Below, piece by piece: positions 39,774 through 49,943 of a DNA stretch of 64,000 nt. How positions within the stretch are numbered: the stretch's first letter is position 1; each line of letters opens with the position of its first letter. The stretch comes from a virus. The notes under the pieces are model-generated. The model saw only the letters and a list, made by a program, of their open reading frames with translations. It was not told where the DNA came from and did not search any database. Both the position numbers and the translations under genes were made by a program. The stretch lies in the IMG/VR virus record IMGVR_UViG_3300045136_000892, one strand, 5' to 3'.

Positions 39774-40328
39774 TCAAAGGGTCTGAATCGTGGCGCCCTC
39801 GAGCATCTTCTCGATCGTGGCGTTATCGAGCATCCTCTCCGCGTCTGCCGAGTCCACCGGCACGCGGATCAGGGCCCAGATGATCTGGAACCGCGGCCTG
39901 ACGATGGCCACCTTCGCCCGGACCCTCTCCGCCAGCCGCCGAGAGAAGAACAGGTGCCGCTCCGGCTCCTTCCCCGGCTCGTACGGCCCCACCCCCATCG
40001 AGTTCCAGTACCGCTTGTAGGCCCCGCAGTCCGTGTGGTCGAGGATGACCAGGCCGTTGATCGCGTGGGCCTCGATCGCGAGGAAGAGCGTCTCGTAGAA
40101 CGTCTGCTCCCAGTGCGGCTTCTGGTCGGGGCCGAAGTCCAGTTGCGGGGCGAGCGACGCGCCGGCCAGGATCGTCTGGTCGTACTCCTTCCTCGTGACG
40201 TCGTACCCCAGGTAACGCATGATCCCCGGTATCTGGGCCTGGATACGGTGGTCGATGCAGGTGAGCAGCAGCACCTTGGCCTCGTTCGAGCTCAGGAACT
40301 CGCGCGCCTTCTCGCGGTCGTCGGCCAT
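39774..40328 (-). CDS. beta-class carbonic anhydrase-like protein
   Basis: CIDHR and HTDCGAY Zn ligands; start MADDREK. Confidence 0.8.
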   Translation of the reverse strand: MADDREKAREFLSSNEAKVLLLTCIDHRIQAQIPGIMRYLGYDVTRKEYDQTILAGASLAPQLDFGPDQKPHWEQTFYETLFLAIEAHAINGLVILDHTDCGAYKRYWNSMGVGPYEPGKEPERHLFFSRRLAERVRAKVAIVRPRFQIIWALIRVPVDSADAERMLDNATIEKMLEGATIQTL

Positions 40329-40423
40329 GGCAGCATCCTGTGGGTTGGGGGATCTGGCGGGTTCGAGCATACTCGCCGGAAAGGGCGCCAGCCACAACGA
40401 AAACCGCGAGATGGGATCGGTGA

Positions 40424-40499
40424 TGGAGCGGGGTGCCGGATTCGAACCGAGCTCCTCCAGCTTGGAAGGCTGGCGTGCAACCGTCAGCACTTACCCCGC
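40424..40499 (-). tRNA. tRNA-Gly (TCC), slightly atypical
   Basis: GCGGGGT/ACCCCGC acceptor, CCAGC-CTTCCAA-GCTGG, TTCGAAT, encoded TCCA; A at position 8 and a bulged T-stem. Confidence 0.85.
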
Positions 40500-41001
40500 G
40501 ATCAGTGCTGCGGCTCCCGGTTGATTCCGGCTGGCTCGCTTCGTTCGGCTCCCAGGGGCCTACCCGCTCACCTACAGCTTCGCACCTCAATTGGCGCCGC
40601 CGCAGCAAGCTCACCCTATCCGCCCCAGTGCAATAGCGCAACTCCTTTCTGGTTGCCATTTTCATCATTCCCGGCATACTGGCTGCGTCAACCACCGCCG
40701 CCCGTCCTGAATGTCCTTCGCCAGCCGCTTTCCCCCCAAAGATCGCCCGGCCTCCTTCGTGGAGCGCGTCCGGCCCGCTCGCGGCCAGGCCTCGCTCTCT
40801 TTCGCCGAACCCCCTCCCCATACCGTCCATACCTCCCCGCCGGGTCCTTCCTCCGCGAAGGTACAGCCGCAGTCGGCCGGCTCAAGCCCGAACGGGTCCC
40901 CCAACCCCATTACGGGCGTTGACCCGTCCGCCCTGGCGTCTGTGGATCGCTCCGACGTCAGGCCCCCGCTCGCGGGGCCTCCAACGTCCCAAGGAGGTTC
41001 C

Positions 41002-44000
41002 ATGGACAATCCACTCTCTACCGGCGAGAAGGCCAAGGCCCGCGACATCCTCGCCGCCATTCGTGCCCTCAAGACCATCGAGCGGGAGCACCGCCCCCCG
41101 ACCGACGACGAGATGCAGGCCCTCTGCCGCTTCGGCGGCTTCGGCCCCGTCGCCCTCTCCATCTTCCCCGACCCGGTCACCGGCCGGTTCAAGGACGGCT
41201 GGCAGGAGATCGGCCAGGAGCTTCAGAGGCTCCTGACCCCCGAGGAATACGACTCCGCCAAGCGGACGACCTTCTCCCAGTTCTTCACCTCCCCCGTCGT
41301 CATGCGGGCCATGCACGAGGCCCTTTCGCGTCTGGGAGTCCCCGATAACGCCCTGGTCCTCGAACCGGGATGTGGCACCGGCAATTTCATGGCCCTCGCC
41401 CCCGCGAGCCAGCGGTTCATCGGCGTGGAGCTTGACTCCCTCACCGGCCGCATCGCCCGCGCGCTCAACCCGCAGGCCGACATCCGCATCGAGAACTTCC
41501 GCGATACCCGGCTCCCCCCGCTCGACGCGGTGATCGGCAACGTGCCCTTCGCCAACGTCCATCTCGACTTCCACGGCCAGAAGCTCTCCCTCCACGATTT
41601 CTGCATCGCCAAGTCGGTCGAGGGCCTGAAGCCGGGCGGCGTCCTCGCCGTGGTCACCAGCCATTTCACGCTCGACAAGCAGAACGCGGCCGTCCGCGAG
41701 CTGCTCGCCAGCCAGGCCGACTTCCTCGGGGCCATCCGCCTGCCCAACGACGCGTTCAAGCGGGAGGGCACGGCGGTCACCACCGACATCCTCTTCTTGC
41801 GGAAACGGGCCCCCGGGCAGGCGCCGAACCACGCCGACCCCGAATGGCTGGAGACCTCCGAGATCGGCATCGCGGGGGCCGACCTGCCGGTCAACCGTTA
41901 CTTCCTGAACCACCACGAGATGGTGCTGGGCGACTGGAGCCGGGAGCACCTGCTCCACGGCGCCGTGGGCTTCAGCGTGATCAGCAACGGCGACCTGGCC
42001 ACCCAGCTCAGGGAGGCCGTCGCCCGGCTGCCGCAGGTGAAGCAGTCCGAGGCGGAGCGGCCTAATCCGCCGCCCGCTGTGGCCGACATTAATCTCGGTC
42101 GCAAACCTGAAACGCCTCCTTTCGTCCCGCCCCCGCCGCTCCGGCACATCACCGAAGGCAGCCTGTTCATCGACGACGAGCGGGTTATCCGCCAGGTCGA
42201 GAACGGAAACGCAGAGCCCGTCACCTATTGCGGCGTCCTGCTTAAGGCCAATGGCACGCCCCAGGGCCGCAAGATCGGCTCGCTGATCGAGCTCCGCGAC
42301 CTCGCCCGCCGCGTTCTCCAATCCCAGAACGAGGGCTGGCCCGAGGCGAACCGCCAGGAGGCCCGCCGCGACCTGAACCGGGCCTATGACCGCTTCGTCG
42401 CCGCCTACGGCCCGGTCAACAAGACCACGTTCACGGAGACCAGGACCGGCACCATCCGCCGGATGCCCAACCTGGTCAAGTTCCGGGAAGACCCGGACGC
42501 CATGCTGGTCATGTCGCTGGAAGAGTACGACGAGGCCACCGGCCGGGCGGAGAAGGCCGCCATCATGAAGAAGGACGTGGTCGGGCCCAAGCCGCCCGTC
42601 ACCCGCGTAACTTCCGCCGAGGAGGGCCTGCTGGTCTCGCTGAATGACCACGGGTGTGTCGACCTGCCGTACATCGCTCAGTTGTACGGAAAGCCCGTAC
42701 AACTCATCATCGCCGAGCTGGGCGATCTGATCTTCGAAAACCCGGAGACCAGGAAGTTCGAAGTTGCCGACGACTACCTCTCCGGCAACGTCCGCGCGAA
42801 GCTGGCCGCCGCCGAGAAGGCCGGGCCGGAGTATGCCCGCAACGCCGTGGCCCTGCGATCAGTCCAGCCGGAGGACGTCCTCCCCGGCGACATCGACGCG
42901 AACCTTGGCGCTCCGTGGATTCCCGAGAAGGACATCAAGGCGTTCGCGGAGGAGCTCTTCGGCGGCTCGTTCAACGTCGGCCATCTGAAGAAGGATGCCG
43001 TCTGGAGCCTGGAGCCCGACTACCGGGCCATCCAGTCGGTCGCGGCGACCGCCGACTTCGGGACGGGCCGGATCAACGGCACGGAGCTGCTCGCCCAGGC
43101 CCTGAACCTGAAATCCCCGGTCATCTACGACACGATCCGGGGCGTCAACGGCGACGAGAGGGTCCTGAACCCGACAGAAACCCAGGCCGCCAAGGAGAAG
43201 CAGAAGCTCATCAAGGAGCGGTTCAAGGCGTGGGTCTTCTCCGACCCCGACCGCACCGAGCGGCTCGTCCGGATGTACAACGACACCTACAACAATCTTC
43301 GTCCCCGACTCTTTGACGGGTCGCACCTAGACTTCCCGGGGATGAGCCGGGCCATTTCGCTGAACCCGCACCAGAAGGACGCGGTCTGGCGGTGCATGAC
43401 GGCCGGGAACACGCTGCTGGCGCATTGCGTCGGGGCCGGGAAGACCTTCGAGATGGCCGCGGCCGCGATGAAGATGCGGCAGGCCGGGCTGGTCAAGAAG
43501 CCCATGATCGTGGTGCCGAACCACATGCTGGAGCAGTTCGGCCGCGAGTTCATGCAGCTCTACCCGAACGCCAAGCTGCTGATCGCCACGAAAGACGACT
43601 TCACGAAGGAACGCCGCAAGTTCCTGACCGCCAAGATCGCCACCGGCGACTGGGACGCCGTCATCACGACGCATTCGAGCTTCGAGCGTATAGGCATGAG
43701 CCGCGAATACCAGGAGCGGTTCCTGCGCGAACAGATCGCAGAATACGAGGCCCTGTTGGTCGACAAGGCCTCTCACGGCCGCAACATCATCAAGACGCTG
43801 GAGAAGCAGAAGGCGAACCGGGAGGAGCGGCTGAAGCACCTGCTGGCCGAGGACAAGAAGGACGACGGGCTGGTCTTCGACGAACTGGGCGTCGACCACC
43901 TCTTCGTCGACGAGGCGCACTACTTCAAGAACCTCGAGACTCCCACGAAGATGGAGCGTGTGGCAGGCATCCAGACCGGCGGCAGCGAGCGGGCGTTCGA

Positions 44001-46065
44001 CCTTTTCATGAAAGCCCGCTTTCTGGACGAGAAGCATCCCGGCCACGGGGTCACCTTCGCCACGGGCACCCCTATCAGCAACACGATGGTCGAGATGTAC
44101 ACGATGCAGCGGTTCCTCGACCCCGAGGGGCTGCGCTCACGTGGCATCGAGCACTTCGACGCCTGGGCGGCCACCTTCGGCGAGGTGGTCGACTCCATGG
44201 AGATCTCGCCAGACGGCGCCAGCCTGCGGCCTCGCAGCCGCTTCGCCAAGTTCGTGAACCTGCCCGAGCTGGTCCAGATGTTCCGGGCCTTCGCCGACGT
44301 GCAGACGGCGGAGATGCTCGACCTGCCCAGACCGAAGCTGGAGGGCGGCAAGCCCCAGACGGTGGCCTGCCCGATGTCGGATGACCAGAGGGAACTACAA
44401 GCCGGGCTCATCAAGCGGTATGACCGCATCCGCAACGAGAAGGTGGACCCCCGCGAGGACAACGCGCTGGCGATCACCACGGACGGCCGCAAGCTGGCCC
44501 TCGACGGGCGGATGCTCGGCGCCGGGGGCGACTTCCCCGGCTCAAAGATCAACGCCCTGGTCGGCAACGTCGTCCGGATATGGAGGCAGACCGAGGCGAA
44601 GCGCGGCACGCAGATGATCTTCTGCGACATGGGCGTCCACCCGAATCCGTTCTCGGTTTATGACGAAATCGTGGAGAAACTGGCCGACCACGGCCTCCCC
44701 CGCAGCCAGATCGCCGTCATGGGCGATGCCGACACCGACGCCAAGAAGCAGGCGCTGTTCGAGAAGGTGCGCCAAGGGACGGTGCGCGTCCTGCTGGGCA
44801 GTACGTCCAAGATGGGCACGGGCACCAACGTCCAGAAGCGGCTGGTGGCCATGCACCACCTCGACGCCCCATGGAAGCCCGCCGAGGTCGAGCAGCGCGA
44901 CGGCCGAATCCTCCGTCAGGGTAACGAGAACGCCGAGGTGGCGATCTTCCGCTACGTCACCGAGGGCTCGTTCGACGCCTACATGTGGCAAGCGCTGGAG
45001 ACCAAGGCCCGATTCATCGCCCAGGTGATGAGCGGCGACTGCGCTGTCCGTAAGGCCGAGGATATCGGCGGACAGGAACTCAGCTACGCCGAGGTGAAGG
45101 CCATCGCGTCCGGTAACCCCGCCGTGCTGACGCTGGCCGAGGCCGATGCAGAGCTGCAGCGGCTGGCCATCCTGCGGAAGAACCACCTGGACGAGCAGTA
45201 TCTGGCGAAGCGGAACCTCCGCGACCTCCCCGACGACATCCGGCGGCTGGAGAAGCGGCTGGACGGGCTGACGGCCGATATGGCGACGCTCGCGGCGAAC
45301 GATTTCATCCCCTCACAGGAGGCAATCGCCGAGCGCATGAAGCGCATGCCGGAGAAGGTGAGCGAAACCTACCGCACGCCGCTGGGGAGATACCGCGGAC
45401 TGGAAGCCAGCCTGATCCTGCACCCGCTGGGCGGGACGGAGGTCGTGCTGGACGGGGCGACCCGCCGGCGCGAGACGCTCATGCGCGATAACCCCGGCCC
45501 ACGTGCCGTGCTCAACGCCTTGGAGCGACTGGCGAACAGCTACGACTACGAGTGCCGGAGCCACCGGGCGGAGATCGGCGTGAAACAGGGGCAGCTCAAG
45601 GACTACGAGGCCCGCCTGGGCAAGCCGTTCGCCCACAGCGAGTTCATGGCCCGGCTGGCCGACCTGCGTGACCAGCTCAAGGAGGGGCTCTCGGAGAAGG
45701 CTCAGCAGGAGCCGAAGCCCGAGGGGCCGACCGTCGCGGAACTGGCCGAGAAGATTAAGACGTTGAGGGAGGCCAACACCGTAGAATCCGCGCCGGAGCG
45801 GGCGATCAGGAAGGCCGCGCGGGCTGAAAGGCCGGTCACGGCGAGGATTCGCTCGAAGCTGGGCGAGCAGTTGGCGGCGAAGGCAGAGGAAACCACAGGG
45901 CTCACGGCAACCAGCACGACGATCGAGGAGAAGCCTGAGGAGTCGCCGGCAGCCCCGACCGCGACGGTGATACTGATGCCGGACCTGTCAAAACCCGTGA
46001 ATGGCCATGCGAAGGCGGTTGAGAACCGCCGTCAGGCAAAGGCGGAGCAGCTACGGCTGTTCTGA
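41002..46065 (+). CDS. DarB-like N6-MTase + SNF2-type helicase
   Basis: LEPGCGTGNF, GNVPF, HCVGAGKT, VDEAH, QRDGRILRQGN; AGGAGG SD before ATG 41002 (ORF open from 40711). Confidence 0.85.
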   Translation: MDNPLSTGEKAKARDILAAIRALKTIEREHRPPTDDEMQALCRFGGFGPVALSIFPDPVTGRFKDGWQEIGQELQRLLTPEEYDSAKRTTFSQFFTSPVVMRAMHEALSRLGVPDNALVLEPGCGTGNFMALAPASQRFIGVELDSLTGRIARALNPQADIRIENFRDTRLPPLDAVIGNVPFANVHLDFHGQKLSLHDFCIAKSVEGLKPGGVLAVVTSHFTLDKQNAAVRELLASQADFLGAIRLPNDAFKREGTAVTTDILFLRKRAPGQAPNHADPEWLETSEIGIAGADLPVNRYFLNHHEMVLGDWSREHLLHGAVGFSVISNGDLATQLREAVARLPQVKQSEAERPNPPPAVADINLGRKPETPPFVPPPPLRHITEGSLFIDDERVIRQVENGNAEPVTYCGVLLKANGTPQGRKIGSLIELRDLARRVLQSQNEGWPEANRQEARRDLNRAYDRFVAAYGPVNKTTFTETRTGTIRRMPNLVKFREDPDAMLVMSLEEYDEATGRAEKAAIMKKDVVGPKPPVTRVTSAEEGLLVSLNDHGCVDLPYIAQLYGKPVQLIIAELGDLIFENPETRKFEVADDYLSGNVRAKLAAAEKAGPEYARNAVALRSVQPEDVLPGDIDANLGAPWIPEKDIKAFAEELFGGSFNVGHLKKDAVWSLEPDYRAIQSVAATADFGTGRINGTELLAQALNLKSPVIYDTIRGVNGDERVLNPTETQAAKEKQKLIKERFKAWVFSDPDRTERLVRMYNDTYNNLRPRLFDGSHLDFPGMSRAISLNPHQKDAVWRCMTAGNTLLAHCVGAGKTFEMAAAAMKMRQAGLVKKPMIVVPNHMLEQFGREFMQLYPNAKLLIATKDDFTKERRKFLTAKIATGDWDAVITTHSSFERIGMSREYQERFLREQIAEYEALLVDKASHGRNIIKTLEKQKANREERLKHLLAEDKKDDGLVFDELGVDHLFVDEAHYFKNLETPTKMERVAGIQTGGSERAFDLFMKARFLDEKHPGHGVTFATGTPISNTMVEMYTMQRFLDPEGLRSRGIEHFDAWAATFGEVVDSMEISPDGASLRPRSRFAKFVNLPELVQMFRAFADVQTAEMLDLPRPKLEGGKPQTVACPMSDDQRELQAGLIKRYDRIRNEKVDPREDNALAITTDGRKLALDGRMLGAGGDFPGSKINALVGNVVRIWRQTEAKRGTQMIFCDMGVHPNPFSVYDEIVEKLADHGLPRSQIAVMGDADTDAKKQALFEKVRQGTVRVLLGSTSKMGTGTNVQKRLVAMHHLDAPWKPAEVEQRDGRILRQGNENAEVAIFRYVTEGSFDAYMWQALETKARFIAQVMSGDCAVRKAEDIGGQELSYAEVKAIASGNPAVLTLAEADAELQRLAILRKNHLDEQYLAKRNLRDLPDDIRRLEKRLDGLTADMATLAANDFIPSQEAIAERMKRMPEKVSETYRTPLGRYRGLEASLILHPLGGTEVVLDGATRRRETLMRDNPGPRAVLNALERLANSYDYECRSHRAEIGVKQGQLKDYEARLGKPFAHSEFMARLADLRDQLKEGLSEKAQQEPKPEGPTVAELAEKIKTLREANTVESAPERAIRKAARAERPVTARIRSKLGEQLAAKAEETTGLTATSTTIEEKPEESPAAPTATVILMPDLSKPVNGHAKAVENRRQAKAEQLRLF

Positions 46066-46620
46066 CTGGCTTGCGGGGAGGATGTCCTGGAGTCGGCAGC
46101 CATCCGATGTCGACTCCGGGATGCCCACGGCGATCAGTCGCTCGCGAACCGTCCGGAGTTCCGGTTCGGTGTTGGCCAGGAAGAGGAATGGAGCGTGGGA
46201 GCGATAGTAAAACGAGGGAATTCCCTGCGTGCTCAAGTACGCCCGCTTCGATTCCCGTTGGGCTTCGGCATCAAGCTCGTGACGCCAGTCGTTCCCTTGG
46301 TCAAAGCAGACCATGTAGGCTGGTCGAAGCCGCCTGAGCTCTCTCACGATGAAGGCGAGTGGGGCGTGCTCGATTGTCGCTTCGATCATCTTGTGCTCGG
46401 GGACAGGTATCCCGGTGTGGGGATCGAGCAGCAGGCCGAAGCGTGCGGCTGGTGGTGACGCGGGATCGTAGATCGGCATCGAAATCAGCAGGGAGTACCT
46501 TGCACGGAGATCCTTTGGAATAAAGCGGTCGTGAGCCATTAACGGGGCGATCACCGAAAGCGAGTCGGCCCAGAACCGCTTCACCAAATCGAAGGAGTCG
46601 CCGAGGTACTTCTCGCGCAC
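46051..46620 (-). CDS. hypothetical protein
   Basis: MREKYLGDSFDLVK..., LLDPHTG; follows the HTH gene. Confidence 0.6.
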   Translation of the reverse strand: MREKYLGDSFDLVKRFWADSLSVIAPLMAHDRFIPKDLRARYSLLISMPIYDPASPPAARFGLLLDPHTGIPVPEHKMIEATIEHAPLAFIVRELRRLRPAYMVCFDQGNDWRHELDAEAQRESKRAYLSTQGIPSFYYRSHAPFLFLANTEPELRTVRERLIAVGIPESTSDGCRLQDILPASQSEQP

Positions 46621-46629
46621 CGGCCCACC

Positions 46630-46851
46630 TCAGATACGAGATCGGCGTCGTCTCGCTCGTCCAACAGCCAAGCTCTCGACCACCTTGGTGATGGCCAGCT
46701 CATCCGCCCGGCTGATCTTCGACTTCCCAGACAGTTTACGCCGAATCGTCGACGGGTCACAGCCGAGCAGACGGGCGAGCCTGGTCTGTCCTCCCGTGTT
46801 TCGATCGTCGTTCAGGACGTTGCAGATCGCCCGCAGCTCAACAGGGGTCAT
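46630..46851 (-). CDS. Cro/XRE-like HTH protein
   Basis: GGQTRLARLLGCDPSTIRRKLSG; ATGA overlap with the HD gene. Confidence 0.75.
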   Translation of the reverse strand: MTPVELRAICNVLNDDRNTGGQTRLARLLGCDPSTIRRKLSGKSKISRADELAITKVVESLAVGRARRRRSRI

Positions 46852-47393
46852 GCCTTCCCCCGCTCCAAACTCGCGTGGATGAGCTTCAATTGCGCTGCTT
46901 GCAGCGTTGAGTAGGCACGTTCCCAAAGCTCGGTATTACCGTGTTTAAGCACTCCGAGTAGCGCTTCTTTCTCGCGCAAATAGGCCTTGGCAAAAGCCTT
47001 ATCGTGCTCCACGATGGACCCCGTGTTGTCGATCAGGTCGGCCAGCTTGATCGTAGCGCCGTCCGGCGACGATCGGGCCAGATGTTCCCTATCCAGCCGC
47101 TTCCTCACCTCGCGGCTCCCATCCTCAAGCCGGGACACATCGGTCACCTCGATCACGAGCAGAGTCACCCTTTCGCCGAAGACGTCCTGAAGCTCGGCCG
47201 GCGTCACTTCTGTGTCCTCCAGCACGTCGTGCAGAGCGGCGGCAGCGATCACGGCAGGGTAACTGATGTACTCGGCAACGATGGAGGCGACGTTCCGGCA
47301 GTGGTTGGCATACGGCTCGCCGGTGTATTTCCGCTTCTGCTGCCGATGGGCACACTTGGCGAAGCCGAGGGCCAGAGTCGGCAGGTCTGTCAT
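46848..47393 (-). CDS. Mesh1/SpoT-type HD hydrolase (small alarmone hydrolase)
   Basis: AH..Q.RK.TGEPY..H, AALHDVLEDT, VIEVTD, IKLADLIDN; ATGA overlap with rtcB. Confidence 0.88.
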   Translation of the reverse strand: MTDLPTLALGFAKCAHRQQKRKYTGEPYANHCRNVASIVAEYISYPAVIAAAALHDVLEDTEVTPAELQDVFGERVTLLVIEVTDVSRLEDGSREVRKRLDREHLARSSPDGATIKLADLIDNTGSIVEHDKAFAKAYLREKEALLGVLKHGNTELWERAYSTLQAAQLKLIHASLERGKA

Positions 47394-48631
47394 CCCTTCA
47401 CGCATAGCACCTGCTTCAGCTCATAAGCGATTTCCACCAGATCCTGCTGCGCCGCCATGACCGCATCGATCGGCTTGTAGGCCGCCGGGCTCTCGTCCAG
47501 GACCCCTTCGTCCTTTCGGCACTCGACACCAGCAGTCGCCTTTGCGTGGTCTTCGAGGCTGACGCGTTTGCTGGCCTCGCCCCGGCTCATCACCCGTCCG
47601 GCGCCGTGCGAGCAGCTGCAGAATGATTCCTGGTTGCCCTTGCCCCGCACGATGAACGACCGGGCACCCATCGAGCCGGGGATGATCCCCAGATCGCCTT
47701 GGCGGGCACGGACGGCCCCCTTGCGGGTGAGCCAGACGTTCTTGCCATAGTGCTGCTCGCGGGCCACGTAGTTGTGGTGGCAGTTCACCGCAACCTCGTC
47801 CGGGCGGCCGACCCGGCCGGGGAAGTGCCGCTCCAGCACCCTGAGCACCGCCCGCATCATCACCTCGCGGTTCGCCCGGGCGAAGTCCTGCGCCCAGGTC
47901 AGGGCCTCGACGTAGTCGTCGAAAAGGTCTGACCCTTCCGGAATGTAGGCCAGGTCGGCGTCCGGCAGGTTGACGAACCAGCGGCGCATCTCCGCCTTGG
48001 CCCGCTCGATGAAGTAAATGCCGAACTTGTTCCCGATGCCCCGACTGCCGGAGTGGAGCATCACCCAGATAGCCCCGTCGGTGTCGAGGCACAGCTCGAT
48101 GAAGTGGTTTCCGGTGCCGAGCGTGCCGAGGTGGTGCGGAGCGCGTGTTGCGGACCGGGCCAGGTCGGGGTGCTTGGCGACGATGGCTTCGAGGCGTTCC
48201 TGAAGCGACGGCCCGAAGGCATCACTCTTGAACGCCCACGCGGATTCGTCCGGCAGATCGCCCCAAGCCCCACGATCGCTCGCCCCGCCGTTGTCGGTGC
48301 GACCGTGCGGCACCGCCGCCTCGATGTCGGAGCGGATCTCGAACAGGTTGTCGGGCAGGTCCTCAGCCCGAAGTCCGGTCCGAACGGCCATCATGCCGCA
48401 ACCGATATCCACGCCCACAGCCGCCGGAATGATCGCCCCGACTGTGGGGATGACCGAGCCGACGGTGGCCCCCATGCCCCAGTGGACGTCAGGCATGACC
48501 GCGACATGGTGATGGATGAAGGGCATCCGGGCGACGTTGCGGAGCTGGTCGACGGCTTTCTGGTCGAGAGGTACGCCTTCGGTCCAGCCGTAGATCGGAA
48601 CGGCTTCCTTGCCGAGGAACTGCCTACTCAT
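47390..48631 (-). CDS. rtcB: RNA ligase RtcB
   Basis: MPDVH.G.G, VDIGCG, GTLG.GNHFIE, HSGSRG, HHNY, SHGAGR, DESP.AYK. Confidence 0.97.
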   Translation of the reverse strand: MSRQFLGKEAVPIYGWTEGVPLDQKAVDQLRNVARMPFIHHHVAVMPDVHWGMGATVGSVIPTVGAIIPAAVGVDIGCGMMAVRTGLRAEDLPDNLFEIRSDIEAAVPHGRTDNGGASDRGAWGDLPDESAWAFKSDAFGPSLQERLEAIVAKHPDLARSATRAPHHLGTLGTGNHFIELCLDTDGAIWVMLHSGSRGIGNKFGIYFIERAKAEMRRWFVNLPDADLAYIPEGSDLFDDYVEALTWAQDFARANREVMMRAVLRVLERHFPGRVGRPDEVAVNCHHNYVAREQHYGKNVWLTRKGAVRARQGDLGIIPGSMGARSFIVRGKGNQESFCSCSHGAGRVMSRGEASKRVSLEDHAKATAGVECRKDEGVLDESPAAYKPIDAVMAAQQDLVEIAYELKQVLCVKG

Positions 48632-49922
48632 TGGCAGATTCAAACTTCACGATGTAGTCGAGGACCTTGTTCGACCAGCCGTCGATGTGGACCCACTGGC
48701 CGTAGCCGACGCCATTCTTGTTGCTCGCGACGTTGATCAGGTAGCCCTTCATCTGCGGTACCGGGTCGTGGCTCTGCTCGTCGGTGATGACGATCAGCCG
48801 ATCCCGAGCCGGCAGCGAGCGGACCGCCTTACCCAGTTCCGTCCCGCCGTGCGGCTGAGCACCAGTGATCGCATCCCGAAGGGCAAACCCACGCCGTCCC
48901 GGCACCTCGACCAGGCTGTTGGAGAAGGTGAAGACCCGCAGGTCGGAAAACATCTCCCGGCCGATCATCGCCAGCGAGCAGGCCACATCCATCCGGTTCA
49001 GCTCGGACTTGGAGGACAGCGCGGAGTCCATCGATCCCGACACGTCCACCAGGATGATCGTCTTGCCGCCCAGCTTCTCGCGGCCCGCGAAGCACTCGAA
49101 GAACTTGGCCTCCAGCTCAGGCTCGAACTGGGGGTTGTGCCGCGCCGAGGCGATGAAGTTGATCGGTAGGAGTCGACCGGCCTTCACGTCGCGCAGGCCT
49201 TCGCGGATCGCCTGGTCCTCCACGCCCGCCTTCGTCATATTGCGGACGTTGCGGAGCATGGCGAGTCCGCCAAGCTTGCCCTCGGAGAGTAGACGAGACC
49301 ACGAGGCCTTCTTGTCACCACCCTTCGACAGCTCGACCTCCCAGGTATCCGGAGTAGCCAGCTCGCCTTTGACGAGCTTGCGCCAAAGCTCGGCCTGTTC
49401 GAGATTGGCCGGCTTGGGGCGGGTGATCCGCAGGGCGTCGCGCAGTTTGACCGCCTTCTGACCTCCGTTGTACTTGGCTAGCTGGTACTCGTCGAACTTG
49501 CGGAAGGAGTCGCCCAGGCCGCGCTTGACCTGCTTGGCCAGCGGTTCGTCCTTGTTAGCCTTCCAATAGATTGACAGGAACTCGGTGATATCGTCCGGGC
49601 GGAGGATGACGCGGGGAAAGAGCCCCTTGGCCTGCGCACGGCCTTCCTTGGTCCGCATCAGCTCACGGGCGAGCAGGAGCGGGACGTGGCGGAGGCGCAT
49701 GTCCTCCTTCGCCTGGACGGCGACGCGGGCGACATCCTCGGCAGGCACGAGCTTCACCAGCTCGGCGATCCGCTGGCCGATGGTCTGGCCGTCCTCGTAG
49801 AACTCCGACTCCCAGAGCAGGCAGGACATGACGGAGCGTTCGAGTTGAGCGAGCGCGTTGATACGGGCAGCCGGAGCGCCTTCGTGGGTGAACTCCTTGC
49901 GGATTCGGTTCAGGGTAGCCAT
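48624..49922 (-). CDS. rsr: Ro60/TROVE-domain RNA-binding protein with vWA domain
   Basis: TPDTWE, AMLRNVRN, LVDVSGSM (MIDAS), GGT, VITDEQ. Confidence 0.9.
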   Translation of the reverse strand: MATLNRIRKEFTHEGAPAARINALAQLERSVMSCLLWESEFYEDGQTIGQRIAELVKLVPAEDVARVAVQAKEDMRLRHVPLLLARELMRTKEGRAQAKGLFPRVILRPDDITEFLSIYWKANKDEPLAKQVKRGLGDSFRKFDEYQLAKYNGGQKAVKLRDALRITRPKPANLEQAELWRKLVKGELATPDTWEVELSKGGDKKASWSRLLSEGKLGGLAMLRNVRNMTKAGVEDQAIREGLRDVKAGRLLPINFIASARHNPQFEPELEAKFFECFAGREKLGGKTIILVDVSGSMDSALSSKSELNRMDVACSLAMIGREMFSDLRVFTFSNSLVEVPGRRGFALRDAITGAQPHGGTELGKAVRSLPARDRLIVITDEQSHDPVPQMKGYLINVASNKNGVGYGQWVHIDGWSNKVLDYIVKFESANE

Positions 49923-49943
49923 GACACACCTACTTTCAATTGC

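Noticed and set aside
1-40499. Integrase, CI-type repressor and att direct repeats
   Set aside because: None seen in the window; they may lie to the left, so prophage versus phage-plasmid status is unresolved.
40711-41001. N-terminal extension of the DarB-like ORF
   Set aside because: Pro/Ser-rich without motifs; a strong AGGAGG precedes ATG 41002.
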